A stretch of DNA of 64,000 nt from Candidatus Blackburnbacteria bacterium RIFCSPLOWO2_01_FULL_40_20 (GCA_001816475.1 MHCC01000001.1:12622-76621), one strand, 5' to 3'; shown: positions 35,565 through 45,346, counted from the first letter of the stretch. Translations and numbers: made by a program. Notes: a model not told the origin generated them from the letters alone.

Positions 35565-36115
35565 TTTTTCTCTTTCAACAAAAACCTTAACTGTTTATCC
35601 TTCCAATCTCCCGCATAATTAATCCCAACTCTTGCAGTAGCAATTATTTCCTCCCCCTTACTTCCCCTACGCCCCAAACTTCCCCTATCCTCTACCCAAA
35701 ATCTTTCCCCCTCCACAACATCCTCCCCATAAAAACTTCCGTCAATCTTAAAAAACTTTGTTACCTTTCCTGGACCCCTTACCTCCCCAACTCCCCCAAT
35801 CTCCCTTACCCCCCTTATCAATACCCCTTGTGGATCACCAACTTTACTTGTAATTATATTCAACATCCAATGAACCCCGTAAGTAAAATAAACATATGCC
35901 ACCCCCGATTTGCCAAACATCACTTCCGTCCTTTTTGTCCTTCTTCCGCCATATGAATGTGCAGCCTTATCCTCCACCCCCATGTAGGCCTCCGTCTCAA
36001 TAATCACACCTTTTTTTGTTGACCCATCAGGGAATTTGCGCACCAAAACTTTCCCTAGAAGTTCTCGAGCGACAGCATCAGCACTCCTGTTAAAAAACTT
36101 TCTTTTAAGTCTCAC
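35561..36115 (-). CDS. DNA-3-methyladenine glycosylase (MPG/AAG family)
   Basis: ARELLGKVLVRK...GVIIETEAYMGVEDKAAHSYGGRRTKRTEVMFGKSGVAYVYFTYGVHWMLNI...VLIRGV...GPGKV matches the MPG fold signature. Confidence 0.75.
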   Translation of the reverse strand: MRLKRKFFNRSADAVARELLGKVLVRKFPDGSTKKGVIIETEAYMGVEDKAAHSYGGRRTKRTEVMFGKSGVAYVYFTYGVHWMLNIITSKVGDPQGVLIRGVREIGGVGEVRGPGKVTKFFKIDGSFYGEDVVEGERFWVEDRGSLGRRGSKGEEIIATARVGINYAGDWKDKQLRFLLKEKK

Positions 36116-36446
36116 GCGTAAATTATACGCTTTTGAAGCTAGAATACTTACCTAAATCTTACCTTTTTCTTGCCTCGTCATAACGTCAAAAACATATTAT
36201 CAAATCAATAATTTAATAATTGACCAATGAGTAACGTCTGCCTTGATTCTACTACCCAAATCACCTACTTTCCGTACTCGACTTTGTCTTCAATAAAGGG
36301 TTCGGGTTCTCAATTTGTCAACAGCTTCAACAAAGAAACTGTAATGCCCGACCCGCTTTCTTTGGTAACCCAGAGCGTCAAAAAGGCCATGAAGAATACA
36401 ATCTTTGAGCACATCTTTGTGCTCTTCACTGCACCAGTAAAATAGT

Positions 36447-36803
36447 TTACTTTTTCACCAATGACTGTAGAAGTGAGGCAATAAAGGCTAATACGATTCC
36501 GCCTGCAAGTGCGCTCAGAAATCCTTGAACCACAAACCCCGGAACGAGAAGGCTGGCAACCCACAAAACAAAAGCTGAAATTGCCCAAGAAAAAAGGCCA
36601 AAGGTTAAAAAGTTTACAGGGAGCGCCAATAATTCTAAAATTGGCTTGAGGATTGTATTTAATATCCCCAACACCAAAGCTGCTATTAAAGCAGTTGTGA
36701 AACTGCTTATTCTAATCCCCGGTATCAACCAGGCCGTTGCTAAAATGGCAACTGTGTTTATTAATAGTCTAAATAGTAAGTTCATATTGCTTGTCTCCAA
36801 CAA
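36447..36803 (-). CDS. four-TM membrane protein (phage-holin-4-like family)
   Basis: Four hydrophobic segments in 118 aa, with the pattern of the superfamily IV holin-like / DUF proteins. Family assignment tentative. Confidence 0.45.
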   Translation of the reverse strand: MLETSNMNLLFRLLINTVAILATAWLIPGIRISSFTTALIAALVLGILNTILKPILELLALPVNFLTFGLFSWAISAFVLWVASLLVPGFVVQGFLSALAGGIVLAFIASLLQSLVKK

Positions 36804-36985
36804 AGCCTAGGCAAAGCGGGAACCTGTCCCCAACGTAGCCGCAGGCGAAGTGGGATTCCCGCACTTTTACCGCGTGATTACCGTAAGAATTTACAAATAT
36901 TGTACATCATCTGATTTTTTACAACAACAATAATCACCACAAAAAGGCCATTGACAATAGGTAACATTTAATACACATTATTAAT

Positions 36986-39900
36986 ATGTCCAAAAGGGTA
37001 TTAGCCCTTGTTTTTTTGTTTTTGGCCTTTTTAGCTCTTTTTATTACCCCTTCAGAATCCAAAGCTGCAAGAAGTTCTTATTATGATTACGGACCTTATT
37101 ATGACCAAACCAAAGTATTAGGAATTTCGTTTTCTGCGCTCGAAAATTTGCCTGTACCGACTATTCCCGAGAATCTTGTTCCACAACAGGCTACCGGCAT
37201 TATGCCAGGTAATCCACTTTATTTTTTTGAGCAAGTAGCCGAAAACCTCCAAATAGCCTTCACATCCAATCCCCAAGCACGAGAAGAGCTTAGGTTAAAT
37301 TTTGCCGATGAAAGGCTTTCTGAAGCTAAAACATTGCTCGAACAAGGAAATACACAAGGAGCTCAAACAGCAATGGAGCACTATAAAGATAGTATGACGG
37401 GCGTTGCGCAAGGTCTTTTTGAATTGATCAACAACAACGACCCTGCCGCACAAAGTTTAACCGAGAAAGTTGAAGATGCAGCCAGTACACACACAATTGT
37501 TGCCCAAAATCTAAGTTTAAGCTCATCCCCCGTCCAAGCAGAAATCTGGACATACGCAGCGCAAGCTGGCAAGTCGGCTCTTGATCAAATCGCCGATGCT
37601 CAAAATGTACCTGCCATGCCAGAGGGACTATCAGTGAGCATTCAAAACTTGCGAAAACAGGGTATTTTGTCGGAAGAAGAAAGCAATAAGCTTTACAGCC
37701 TTGATAGCCGAAGCCAGCTTCGAGAAGAGCTGGACAAACTTACATCCTCCGGTATGTTTCCTCCGGGCGAGCTTGCAAAACTTGATGAAACTATTGCCAA
37801 TCGCTATCCGGAAATTCACAGACAACAAACAGCAAACCTTGAAGTGATGGAGTTAAGAACTTACCAAACGCTCCCTCAACCATCTGAGGAAATATTGGAA
37901 AAAATCTCAAATTGGCAAAAAGATCCGGGCACCCCCCCATCAAGCGACATAAGACAATATTTGTGGTATGATCGCGCTCAGGATTTAGCTGGCAAAGTAG
38001 ATTTATCAAATTATTCTACAGACCAACAAGAAGATCTGGTTCGTTCCTGGCAAACAGCAAAAGAGAATCCAACATATTCACCTGCTCCATCTCCTACACC
38101 AACATCATCTCCTACACCAACATCATCTCCTACACCAACATCATCTCCTACACCAGCACCATCTCCATCACCCGAACCGTCAACACCGGACGAAACTCCA
38201 CCTTCTCCTGAGCCCTCATCCCAACCATCGCCCAGTCCAATACCCTATATAGATAGTACAAACGTCACCCTGCCAGGTACCACCCAGTATTTTTTCAATA
38301 ATTTGGGAGAGCAAATATCGTATACATTCACATTTGATGCTGTTGAGCGCTCCAAACAAAAAATGAATCAGGCCGAACGCCGTTTGGCTGAGGCAAAAGC
38401 ACTCGCTGGCGATCCAACAAAAGAATCTCTTTACCTATCCACTTTAAAACAATACCAGCAAGCGATGACTGACGCGTCTGCGCTTCTTAAAGACACTGAT
38501 GGGCAATTTGCCAGTCGAGATGCAGCTGAAAGACTTGAGGCTCAAGCTGCGCGGCACGGCGTTGCACTTGAAAAAGGATACTTGCCAACTCCCGCTGCCG
38601 ACACACAAATTATCGGCGAAGCAATCCAGGCTGTTGAAACCGCCATGGACAGAAGCGCTGATGCTCTTGGCCGCCCCGCACTACCTCCAACGCTTGCCAA
38701 CCGTTTGGACGATCTTAAGGCCCAGGGGTTAATCCTGCCTGAAGAGGCAGAAAAGATTGTCAACTCTGCCTCACGTGAGGAAGCCCGCGACAAGATAAGA
38801 GAACTTGTTGAGATTGGGACCTTCCCTCTGGCTGATGCTAAAAAAATGGACGAGGCTCAAATATTAACCTCACCAACAGAATACAATCAATTAGTTGAAA
38901 TAAGGAAAGTTGAAGAATTTCAAAGATTAAGAGCCGCTCAATCTGAATTTGCCCAAACCCAAACACTAAGAAACACAGCGTCAGTCTTAAGCCAGCAAGA
39001 GGCAGCGCTATTTAATAGTATTGACCCATCCTTGTTAAAACCTGAAGATTTTGGAGGAAGAGAAGATTTAGTCAAGGCATACGAAACACTTATTGCAACC
39101 GCTCGTCCAATTAATAGCGGCCAATTCGGACCAGACATCACGCCAGGTGCAACACCATCTCCTTCTCCTTCCACAACCCCGACGCGACAAGACGCGGTTT
39201 TGACAACTTGTCCGGCTGGCGCTATTTTCAAACAGTTTGAAGGTTGTGTTTGGGAAGACAACGGTAAAGCTATTAACGATTATGAACAATACAAATGCGA
39301 ATCAAGACAATATTACTCCTTCGCAGCCAGAACGTGCGTATCTTACGAACCAGGTACAGGATTTAAAGATGACGCGCAACCTATCTGTCCTATTGGCTAC
39401 GCATGGGAATGGCAAAATCAAAGTTGTCAAAAGGGAACAGGCGGAATTATTTTACCCACGCCCATTCCCCAACCGGAGCCAATTGACAAAGAGGAAGAAG
39501 AAAAAAGGTCCAAATCCTGTCCTCAGGGCGCAACATATAAAGCCCCTGATGGATGTGTATGGGACGAGACAGACAGGCCGATTTACGACTCAAGACAATA
39601 CCGCTGTAGTGCAAGTGGTCAATATTATTCCTTCGAACAACTTAAGTGTGTGCCTGCGCCCAGCGAAGGAGAAGTGTATCCGAAGGATTCTGCCCCATCT
39701 TGTAAAGAAGAGGGGTCTTATTGGAGTTGGTCTGATGGAAAATGTATATCTTTGGCAGCACCTGACGAATCTGTCGAAAAAGGAGGCCAAGCAACCAACA
39801 TTGGCGACCCTCGTCCATACCTTGTTCCCCCCGACAGTCCGTTTTATTTCGTAAAGCAATTTGGTGAAACTATACAAACTGCTACTGCGTTTACACCCGA

Positions 39901-42367
39901 GGCGCGAGAACAAGTTAGGATATCGCAGGCCGATGAAAGACTCACCGAGGGCTATTATTCACTAAAGCACGGCAATACAAAAGATTTTGAAAAATCACTT
40001 TCTACCTATACAACTACAATGCAGAATGTTTTTAATGACTTGGCTGCGTCGGAATATTCTCCCCAAGTAAAACAGGCAATTGCAGAAAGATTAGGAAAAG
40101 AAGCTCCGGAACAAAACCTGCTTTTGCAAAAAGCTGAAGCATTGGCAGAAGATGAACAGGCAACAGCTATCTCAGCTGCAGTCTCGTCGACAATCTTGGC
40201 CTCAGATAAGGCAGCCGATCTGGCAGGCAAACCGCCAATCCCCGATGAAATTAAAACCAAGATCGAAAACTTACCTGAAACGGTACTCAGTCAAGAAGAT
40301 AAAAATAAACTTTTAGAAATCGATTCAAGGGTTGATGCCAGACTCAAACTAGGCGGACTTGCATCAACCGGTATATTAAGTACCCAGGACACATCTTTCC
40401 TGAATGAAGATTTTGAATCAGTCGATAAAGACGCCAAGATCAAAGTTGATGAACTTAAAAAATTAGAGCAAATTGCCAAAATTACGGAACAAAAGAACGA
40501 AGTTGTAGAAAAAGCTCAAAAGAATGAAAACATTGTAAATAAACTTACAGAATTTCAAAATACGTTCGAGCCGGGCCAGGAAGTCCCTGCTGAAATACGT
40601 CCATATGTGCGCCTTACACGAATTGAAGAGATCGGTCAAACAATAAGGCCTGATGTTGTTCGCGTGGAAGATTTCCAAAACCGGAAAGATGTTGTTTTGG
40701 CTGTTGCAGCGCTGCAGGATGAGTTCAGACCGACAAAAGAATCAATAAAGCAAGTTGCGGACTTTCGACGAAGAAATCCTGATAAATCCCTTCCGCCGGA
40801 GCTTGCAAGAATTGAGGCGCTCTCTTACGGCTTAGGTACAAGAGAACAAGCAGGTCAATGCTTCCTGCCTCCTCCATTCCCTGCAAATACCCCGTGTCCT
40901 GCTCCCGGGTCAACTGTTGCTGTAGCATCTTATTGGGGAGGTCAATGGTCAAGTCCTGCAGCTCCCGTTCAACCTGTTGCGTCCACAGACAAAGACGGCA
41001 AGCCTCTTGTTTACGGACAAGGTCCGCAGGCTGTAAGCTCTGGTTCCTGTCCGAGTGGTTATCATTGGATGTATGACTCAGGCGGCTGGTGTATGGCCAA
41101 CAGTGGTAGCTACGGCTATTCTTCCAATTATAATTCACCTTCTTCCACCTACACGACCGCCTCTTATCCTATCGGGACCGCAACCAGCGAAACACCTCCT
41201 GCGGAAGGTTACAATTGTGGCAGCCAACCTTACGACCCGGCCACCAAAAAATGTAAGGATGGAGCCTGTCCTGGAGGGTTTGAGTGGGATGGATCAAAAT
41301 GCGTAGCAAGAGGTTATTCTGGGCCAACATATCAAAGCAGCCCTTACTACTCACCCAACCTAACCCAATCCAGTTGTGGTCCCGGATATTATTGGGACGG
41401 CAAGGGTTGTATACCCAATTATAGTGGCGGTGGAAGTTATCCAGGTACCTCAAATTATTATTCTGGGGCTGCTGTCAACTGCGGTAGTGGATATTGGTGG
41501 AACGGCAACAGTTGTCAACCCTCATCCGGGCCAGGATCGTCGTGTAGTTATCCCTCCGGAGGATGCCCAGGCAACGGAGCGTGGTATGATTATTCCAGCT
41601 GCAGTTGTAAAACAACCAGCTATCCCTCTGGCTATTCCGGTCCAACAATCCAAAGCAGCCCCTATTACTCACCCAGTTCGTACGAACGTGGTTGTGCACC
41701 AGGCAACTACTGGGACGGCCGCAAGTGTGTGGCAGGAAGCTATGAAGGTCCTGGTTGGTCAGACACTACAGCCAGAGGCTGTACGCAGCAAAGCTGTGGT
41801 AGCAACCAGTGGTTTGACTGGGGAACTTGTTCCTGCAGACCCAATGGAAACACTTACACTCCTCCAACTTACAGTGGCGGTGGTGGCGGGACATCTAGTG
41901 GATCCTGCCCCTCAGGATCTCATTGGATGTCAGATAATGGTGGATACTGCATGTCAGATGCAGACAGATCGTCCTCATCGGGAGGATCCTCAAGTGGATC
42001 TTCTGGTGGATCACCTTCAGGGTCTTGTCCCTCAGGATCCCACTGGATGTCAGATAATGGTGGATACTGTATGTCAGACGGAGGTAGCTCGTCATCGGGT
42101 GGATCTTACACCCCACCTTCAACATCGACTTCCGGAAGTACCGGTTCTTATACCGCGCCTACTGAACCAGCTCCAGCTGCTCCAGCTCCTGCACCCGCTC
42201 CACCTCCAAGTGAGCCTGCACCAGCGCCACCTCCAAGTGAACCAGCTCCAGCTGCTCCAGCTCCTGCACCAGTTAGCGAACCAGCTCCTGCACCAGTCCA
42301 AGGAGCAAGCACTGAGAAAAATATACTGCAATTTATATTAGATATCCTCTTGGGTAAACTACGATAA
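36986..42367 (+). CDS. giant secreted protein (1793 aa) with three DUF5667-like repeats, Cys-rich C-terminal repeats and a Pro/Ala-rich tail
   Basis: Signal peptide MSKRVLALVFLFLAFLALFITPSESKA. Three repeats of P(G/D)xP(L/F)YFF/V...ADERL(S/T)E at ~aa 75, 440 and 950. PTPTSSPTPTSS linker. Repeated CPSG(Y/S)HWM(Y/S)D(S/N)GG(W/Y)CM units. Tail EPAPAAPAPAPAPPPSEPAPAPPPSEPAPAAPAPAPVSEPAPAPV and a terminal hydrophobic stretch. Confidence 0.8.
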   Translation: MSKRVLALVFLFLAFLALFITPSESKAARSSYYDYGPYYDQTKVLGISFSALENLPVPTIPENLVPQQATGIMPGNPLYFFEQVAENLQIAFTSNPQAREELRLNFADERLSEAKTLLEQGNTQGAQTAMEHYKDSMTGVAQGLFELINNNDPAAQSLTEKVEDAASTHTIVAQNLSLSSSPVQAEIWTYAAQAGKSALDQIADAQNVPAMPEGLSVSIQNLRKQGILSEEESNKLYSLDSRSQLREELDKLTSSGMFPPGELAKLDETIANRYPEIHRQQTANLEVMELRTYQTLPQPSEEILEKISNWQKDPGTPPSSDIRQYLWYDRAQDLAGKVDLSNYSTDQQEDLVRSWQTAKENPTYSPAPSPTPTSSPTPTSSPTPTSSPTPAPSPSPEPSTPDETPPSPEPSSQPSPSPIPYIDSTNVTLPGTTQYFFNNLGEQISYTFTFDAVERSKQKMNQAERRLAEAKALAGDPTKESLYLSTLKQYQQAMTDASALLKDTDGQFASRDAAERLEAQAARHGVALEKGYLPTPAADTQIIGEAIQAVETAMDRSADALGRPALPPTLANRLDDLKAQGLILPEEAEKIVNSASREEARDKIRELVEIGTFPLADAKKMDEAQILTSPTEYNQLVEIRKVEEFQRLRAAQSEFAQTQTLRNTASVLSQQEAALFNSIDPSLLKPEDFGGREDLVKAYETLIATARPINSGQFGPDITPGATPSPSPSTTPTRQDAVLTTCPAGAIFKQFEGCVWEDNGKAINDYEQYKCESRQYYSFAARTCVSYEPGTGFKDDAQPICPIGYAWEWQNQSCQKGTGGIILPTPIPQPEPIDKEEEEKRSKSCPQGATYKAPDGCVWDETDRPIYDSRQYRCSASGQYYSFEQLKCVPAPSEGEVYPKDSAPSCKEEGSYWSWSDGKCISLAAPDESVEKGGQATNIGDPRPYLVPPDSPFYFVKQFGETIQTATAFTPEAREQVRISQADERLTEGYYSLKHGNTKDFEKSLSTYTTTMQNVFNDLAASEYSPQVKQAIAERLGKEAPEQNLLLQKAEALAEDEQATAISAAVSSTILASDKAADLAGKPPIPDEIKTKIENLPETVLSQEDKNKLLEIDSRVDARLKLGGLASTGILSTQDTSFLNEDFESVDKDAKIKVDELKKLEQIAKITEQKNEVVEKAQKNENIVNKLTEFQNTFEPGQEVPAEIRPYVRLTRIEEIGQTIRPDVVRVEDFQNRKDVVLAVAALQDEFRPTKESIKQVADFRRRNPDKSLPPELARIEALSYGLGTREQAGQCFLPPPFPANTPCPAPGSTVAVASYWGGQWSSPAAPVQPVASTDKDGKPLVYGQGPQAVSSGSCPSGYHWMYDSGGWCMANSGSYGYSSNYNSPSSTYTTASYPIGTATSETPPAEGYNCGSQPYDPATKKCKDGACPGGFEWDGSKCVARGYSGPTYQSSPYYSPNLTQSSCGPGYYWDGKGCIPNYSGGGSYPGTSNYYSGAAVNCGSGYWWNGNSCQPSSGPGSSCSYPSGGCPGNGAWYDYSSCSCKTTSYPSGYSGPTIQSSPYYSPSSYERGCAPGNYWDGRKCVAGSYEGPGWSDTTARGCTQQSCGSNQWFDWGTCSCRPNGNTYTPPTYSGGGGGTSSGSCPSGSHWMSDNGGYCMSDADRSSSSGGSSSGSSGGSPSGSCPSGSHWMSDNGGYCMSDGGSSSSGGSYTPPSTSTSGSTGSYTAPTEPAPAAPAPAPAPPPSEPAPAPPPSEPAPAAPAPAPVSEPAPAPVQGASTEKNILQFILDILLGKLR

Positions 42368-42400
42368 CGTTCTCTCTAGAAATGCTTGCACTGAGTCCTA

Positions 42401-42814
42401 TTGAAGTGTAATAATCAAAGTGTGTTGAAGATCTTTGTTGCAATCACAACAAGCCTTGCGTTGCTGCTTTTGGTTGCGTCACCCTCACTTGCAGCACCAT
42501 TAAAATCAAAATCCCCTTCAGTCTCTGCATCAGTTGCTAAAAATAGACGCTCAATGTCGGCAAGTTTCCTAAACATTAAAAACGTCAAGAAAATTTCTTA
42601 CCAGTTAACATACGACTCAAACAAAGGTCCACAGGGCGCTGGAGGAACTATAAATGTGCCTAAAAACAAGAACTCACTTTCTCGCACACTTCTTTTTGGA
42701 ACTTGTTCAAAGAATGTTTGTACCTACCACAAAAACCTCAAAAATATAAAACTTTCAGCAGACTTCACCCTCAAATCTGGAGGAGTTATTTCATACGAGA
42801 AGAAGTTGAAATAG
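42401..42814 (+). CDS. small secreted hypothetical protein
   Basis: Signal-peptide-like IFVAITTSLALLLLVASPSLAAP; Lys/Ser-rich mature part. Confidence 0.5.
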   Translation: MKCNNQSVLKIFVAITTSLALLLLVASPSLAAPLKSKSPSVSASVAKNRRSMSASFLNIKNVKKISYQLTYDSNKGPQGAGGTINVPKNKNSLSRTLLFGTCSKNVCTYHKNLKNIKLSADFTLKSGGVISYEKKLK

Positions 42815-42898
42815 TTAATAACTTGCTACCTTGCTACCTTGTTAACTTGTTAACATATTGTTGACACCAACAAAGTAACAAGCTAACTAGGTAACCAA

Positions 42899-44416
42899 TT
42901 ACATTATCGTTCTCTTCTCCACTCTCACTCCACCAACCTCAGCTTCCTCTACTAGCGTTGTGTCTTTACTCGCCTTCTCATACCACTTATCAAACTTTTC
43001 GGGGTCTCCACCGGGTTCAATAACTAAAAATATAATCTTCCCGCATCCAATTTGCGGCTTTGCGTAAAACGCCGATGATGGAACATAAGTATCCTTTAAA
43101 AATCCCGGCTCGATTGTATATTCACAAGGAACAAAACCATATTTATTCTTTCCTTGCCACCAAAAAAGATATTGCCAATTGTAGTCATAAACATGTGGTG
43201 TATAAACATAAACGTCAAACCCGTTCCCCTCATTTTTTGAGTAGACATAGTCAACGACCGACATTTCGTTTTTTAATACGCTTACATCGTTTGAGGGTTG
43301 AAGATATTGCAGGTATCGCGGGACAAAAACTAAAAGTTGGGAAATGATCACGCCACCCCATACGATAGCTGCCGCCTTCTTCGAAATTTTGGCCAACATT
43401 AACAAAAAGGAGACAAACAAGAGTGGATAAAGATAAACTGTGTGCCAATCACGCCAGGCGCTATTTAATGAAAATAGTAAATAGGAAATAATAAATAACA
43501 CAATAACAAGCGATACAAACTTCCCTGCAAATTTGTCTTTAAATCCTCCGTTTTTCGCAAACAGATAAAAAATAAACACAAAAACAAGGATGCTTATTAA
43601 CAAGCTTTGTGGAACTAAACTTATTGAAAAGATCTCCCCAAAGCGTGCACCCATCTCGCCAAAGGTAGTACTTGAGAAAAATCCCCTGCCCCCAGTTTGG
43701 GCAAAAATAAATTTGCTTTGAACAAACTCCACAAACAATCTCAAGGTAAGCGGCAAAAGCAAAATTGTGGGCAACACTACATCCAGTCCAAGCAAGAACT
43801 TAAGCGCTATTTTCTTTTTGATAACTTGATGCAAGCCAACTAAAAAATGAAAAACAAAGAGTGCGACGCTTCCGGCAATTTCTGTGTTAAACCCTAAGGC
43901 AATTGGAATTAAAGCGTAAACAAAGCTTCTCTTTTTGCCTTGCAAAAAATTAACCAAGAGAAAAACAAACCAAAAAGAAAGAAAAACTAACGGAAAAGGA
44001 TTAAATGCCCAACGGGATGTATCGTAAAAAAACCAATAAAATTGCAAGCTTGTACCAATAAACAAAGCAACATATGGCGACACCCTACTTTTCAATTGCC
44101 ACATTATAAAAGCTGTTGTGGCAACACCAAGAAGGATGGTGACAAACAACGCGCCATACGGATGTCCGTTAAAAAGTTTGTATCCGACGCCGATAAAGTA
44201 ATACCACCCAGGGCCTGCATAAAGCCCGGCAATCCCCGTCTCTGGACCTTTGACAGGTAGTTGTCCCCTCTCGGTTAATTCGCGGACGTGGACCGCGTCA
44301 TTCCCTTGATCCATCGTAAAGAAAAAATTATTGTTTTGAGGAGGGATAACCCGAATCAAAAATGCAAAAACTAAAATTGAAAAGAATAAAACCCAATACG
44401 GCTTGCTCTTCATCAA
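42899..44416 (-). CDS. GT-C superfamily glycosyltransferase (ArnT/PMT-like, 12+ TM)
   Basis: Many TM helices. N-terminal loop with conserved acidic residues (FTMDQGND). Overall architecture of dolichyl-phosphate-mannose/4-amino-arabinose transferases. Confidence 0.6.
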   Translation of the reverse strand: MMKSKPYWVLFFSILVFAFLIRVIPPQNNNFFFTMDQGNDAVHVRELTERGQLPVKGPETGIAGLYAGPGWYYFIGVGYKLFNGHPYGALFVTILLGVATTAFIMWQLKSRVSPYVALFIGTSLQFYWFFYDTSRWAFNPFPLVFLSFWFVFLLVNFLQGKKRSFVYALIPIALGFNTEIAGSVALFVFHFLVGLHQVIKKKIALKFLLGLDVVLPTILLLPLTLRLFVEFVQSKFIFAQTGGRGFFSSTTFGEMGARFGEIFSISLVPQSLLISILVFVFIFYLFAKNGGFKDKFAGKFVSLVIVLFIISYLLFSLNSAWRDWHTVYLYPLLFVSFLLMLAKISKKAAAIVWGGVIISQLLVFVPRYLQYLQPSNDVSVLKNEMSVVDYVYSKNEGNGFDVYVYTPHVYDYNWQYLFWWQGKNKYGFVPCEYTIEPGFLKDTYVPSSAFYAKPQIGCGKIIFLVIEPGGDPEKFDKWYEKASKDTTLVEEAEVGGVRVEKRTIM

Positions 44417-44495
44417 AACAAGATTACCACATCAGTCTAAGCGAATATAGATTTTTGACCTCCCAAATGATAAAATTGATCCTGTTCTTTAATAT

Positions 44496-44846
44496 TCCCC
44501 GGTAGCTCAGTGGTAGAGCGGAGAGCTGTGTTAGCAGCCTTCGAAGGAAACTTCGGAGTGAAAAGTGGGTGAATTCAGGGAACGGTCCGACTTTGTTGGA
44601 TTAATCCTGAGCCAATCCTCCATTAATAGTTAGGCATGTTTGCCGAATCTTTTAATGAAGGCAGGTGCAGAGACTAGGTGATTACACCAATTAGCGCCCA
44701 CCACCCCACCCTACGCCCAGTATTAAAAATACAGGGCTTCGGAGCGGCAAGTAAAAACTTGTCCTTCCGCAGCTTAGGCGGAGAAGGGTGATGAGATAGT
44801 CCAAAAAGTAACTCTAAGGTCGTAGGTCCGAATCCTACCCGGGGAG
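44496..44846 (+). tRNA. tRNA-Asn(GTT) interrupted by a group I intron (5' exon 44496-44529, 3' exon 44809-44846)
   Basis: Exons: TCCCCGGTAGCTCAGTGGTAGAGCGGAGAGCTGT | TAACTCTAAGGTCGTAGGTCCGAATCCTACCCGGGGAG. Acceptor TCCCCGG/CCGGGGA, anticodon stem GAGAG/CTCTA, loop CTGTTAA, discriminator G. The intervening 279 nt starts after U, ends in G, and carries GGATTAATCCTGAGCCAATCC, matching the conserved element of trnL(UAA)-type group I introns. Confidence 0.65.
44530..44808 (+). other. group I intron in the tRNA anticodon loop (between positions 35 and 36)
   Basis: See tRNA entry. Also contains AATTCAGGGAA, similar to the chloroplast/cyanobacterial trnL intron AATTCAGAGAAAC. Confidence 0.6.
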
Positions 44847-44851
44847 CACGA

Positions 44852-44886
44852 AAAATTAGGCCTCATTTTTGAGGCTTTATTTTTTA
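44852..44886 (+). terminator. rho-independent terminator after the tRNA (AGGCCTCA-TTTTT-GAGGCTTT + T-run)
   Basis: GC hairpin followed by TTTATTTTTT. Confidence 0.5.
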
Positions 44887-44939
44887 TTCTTGATAGGATG
44901 AGGAGTTTACTCTGAGCGAGCGAACCCATTAAATTGCAC

Positions 44940-45005
44940 TCGGGTTTGTCCTGAGCATGTCGAAGAACGAAGCGAGTCGAACGAGAATCCTACCCGGGGA
45001 GCCGA
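44940..45005 (+). repeat. ~65-nt repeat unit ending in a copy of the tRNA-Asn 3' end (GAATCCTACCCGGGGAGC), copy 1
   Basis: GTCCTGAGCATGTCGAAGAACGAAGCGAGTCGAACGAGAATCCTACCCGGGGAGCC. The 17-nt tail is identical to tRNA positions 57-73. Confidence 0.6.
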
Positions 45006-45016
45006 CAAATCTAATA

Positions 45017-45346
45017 CTACTTAGGAGCCTTGCCGTATTTAAGAACAAAAATAATTAATATAATGGAAAAAATCCAACTAACTATTTCAACTGGTATAGA
45101 GTCAAATCCGTACGTTTTAGATAAGTAAACCAGTAATAAAAATACCGCAACAGTAAAGACTAAAATAACTACACCTAGTTTCTTATCAAAAGTAGGAAAA
45201 AAGAAAGGAACTGATCTCTCAAGCTTAGAAAATAGCTTATTCCCCAAAAGTAAATACTTTATTAGAAGAATGGTGATAAAGATAATTCCAAGAATTAACA
45301 GAAACAACTGGATAAACATAATTTGATTATAGCAAACTGTCCACAT
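45017..45346 (-). CDS. small membrane protein
   Basis: Three hydrophobic segments; lies between the two tRNA-3'-end repeat copies. Confidence 0.4.
   Translation of the reverse strand: MWTVCYNQIMFIQLFLLILGIIFITILLIKYLLLGNKLFSKLERSVPFFFPTFDKKLGVVILVFTVAVFLLLVYLSKTYGFDSIPVEIVSWIFSIILIIFVLKYGKAPK

Noticed and set aside
37381-42331. Numerous short ORFs on both strands inside 36986..42367
   Set aside because: All nested within the single long giant-protein reading frame; the repetitive Pro/Ala/Ser-rich coding creates open antisense frames.
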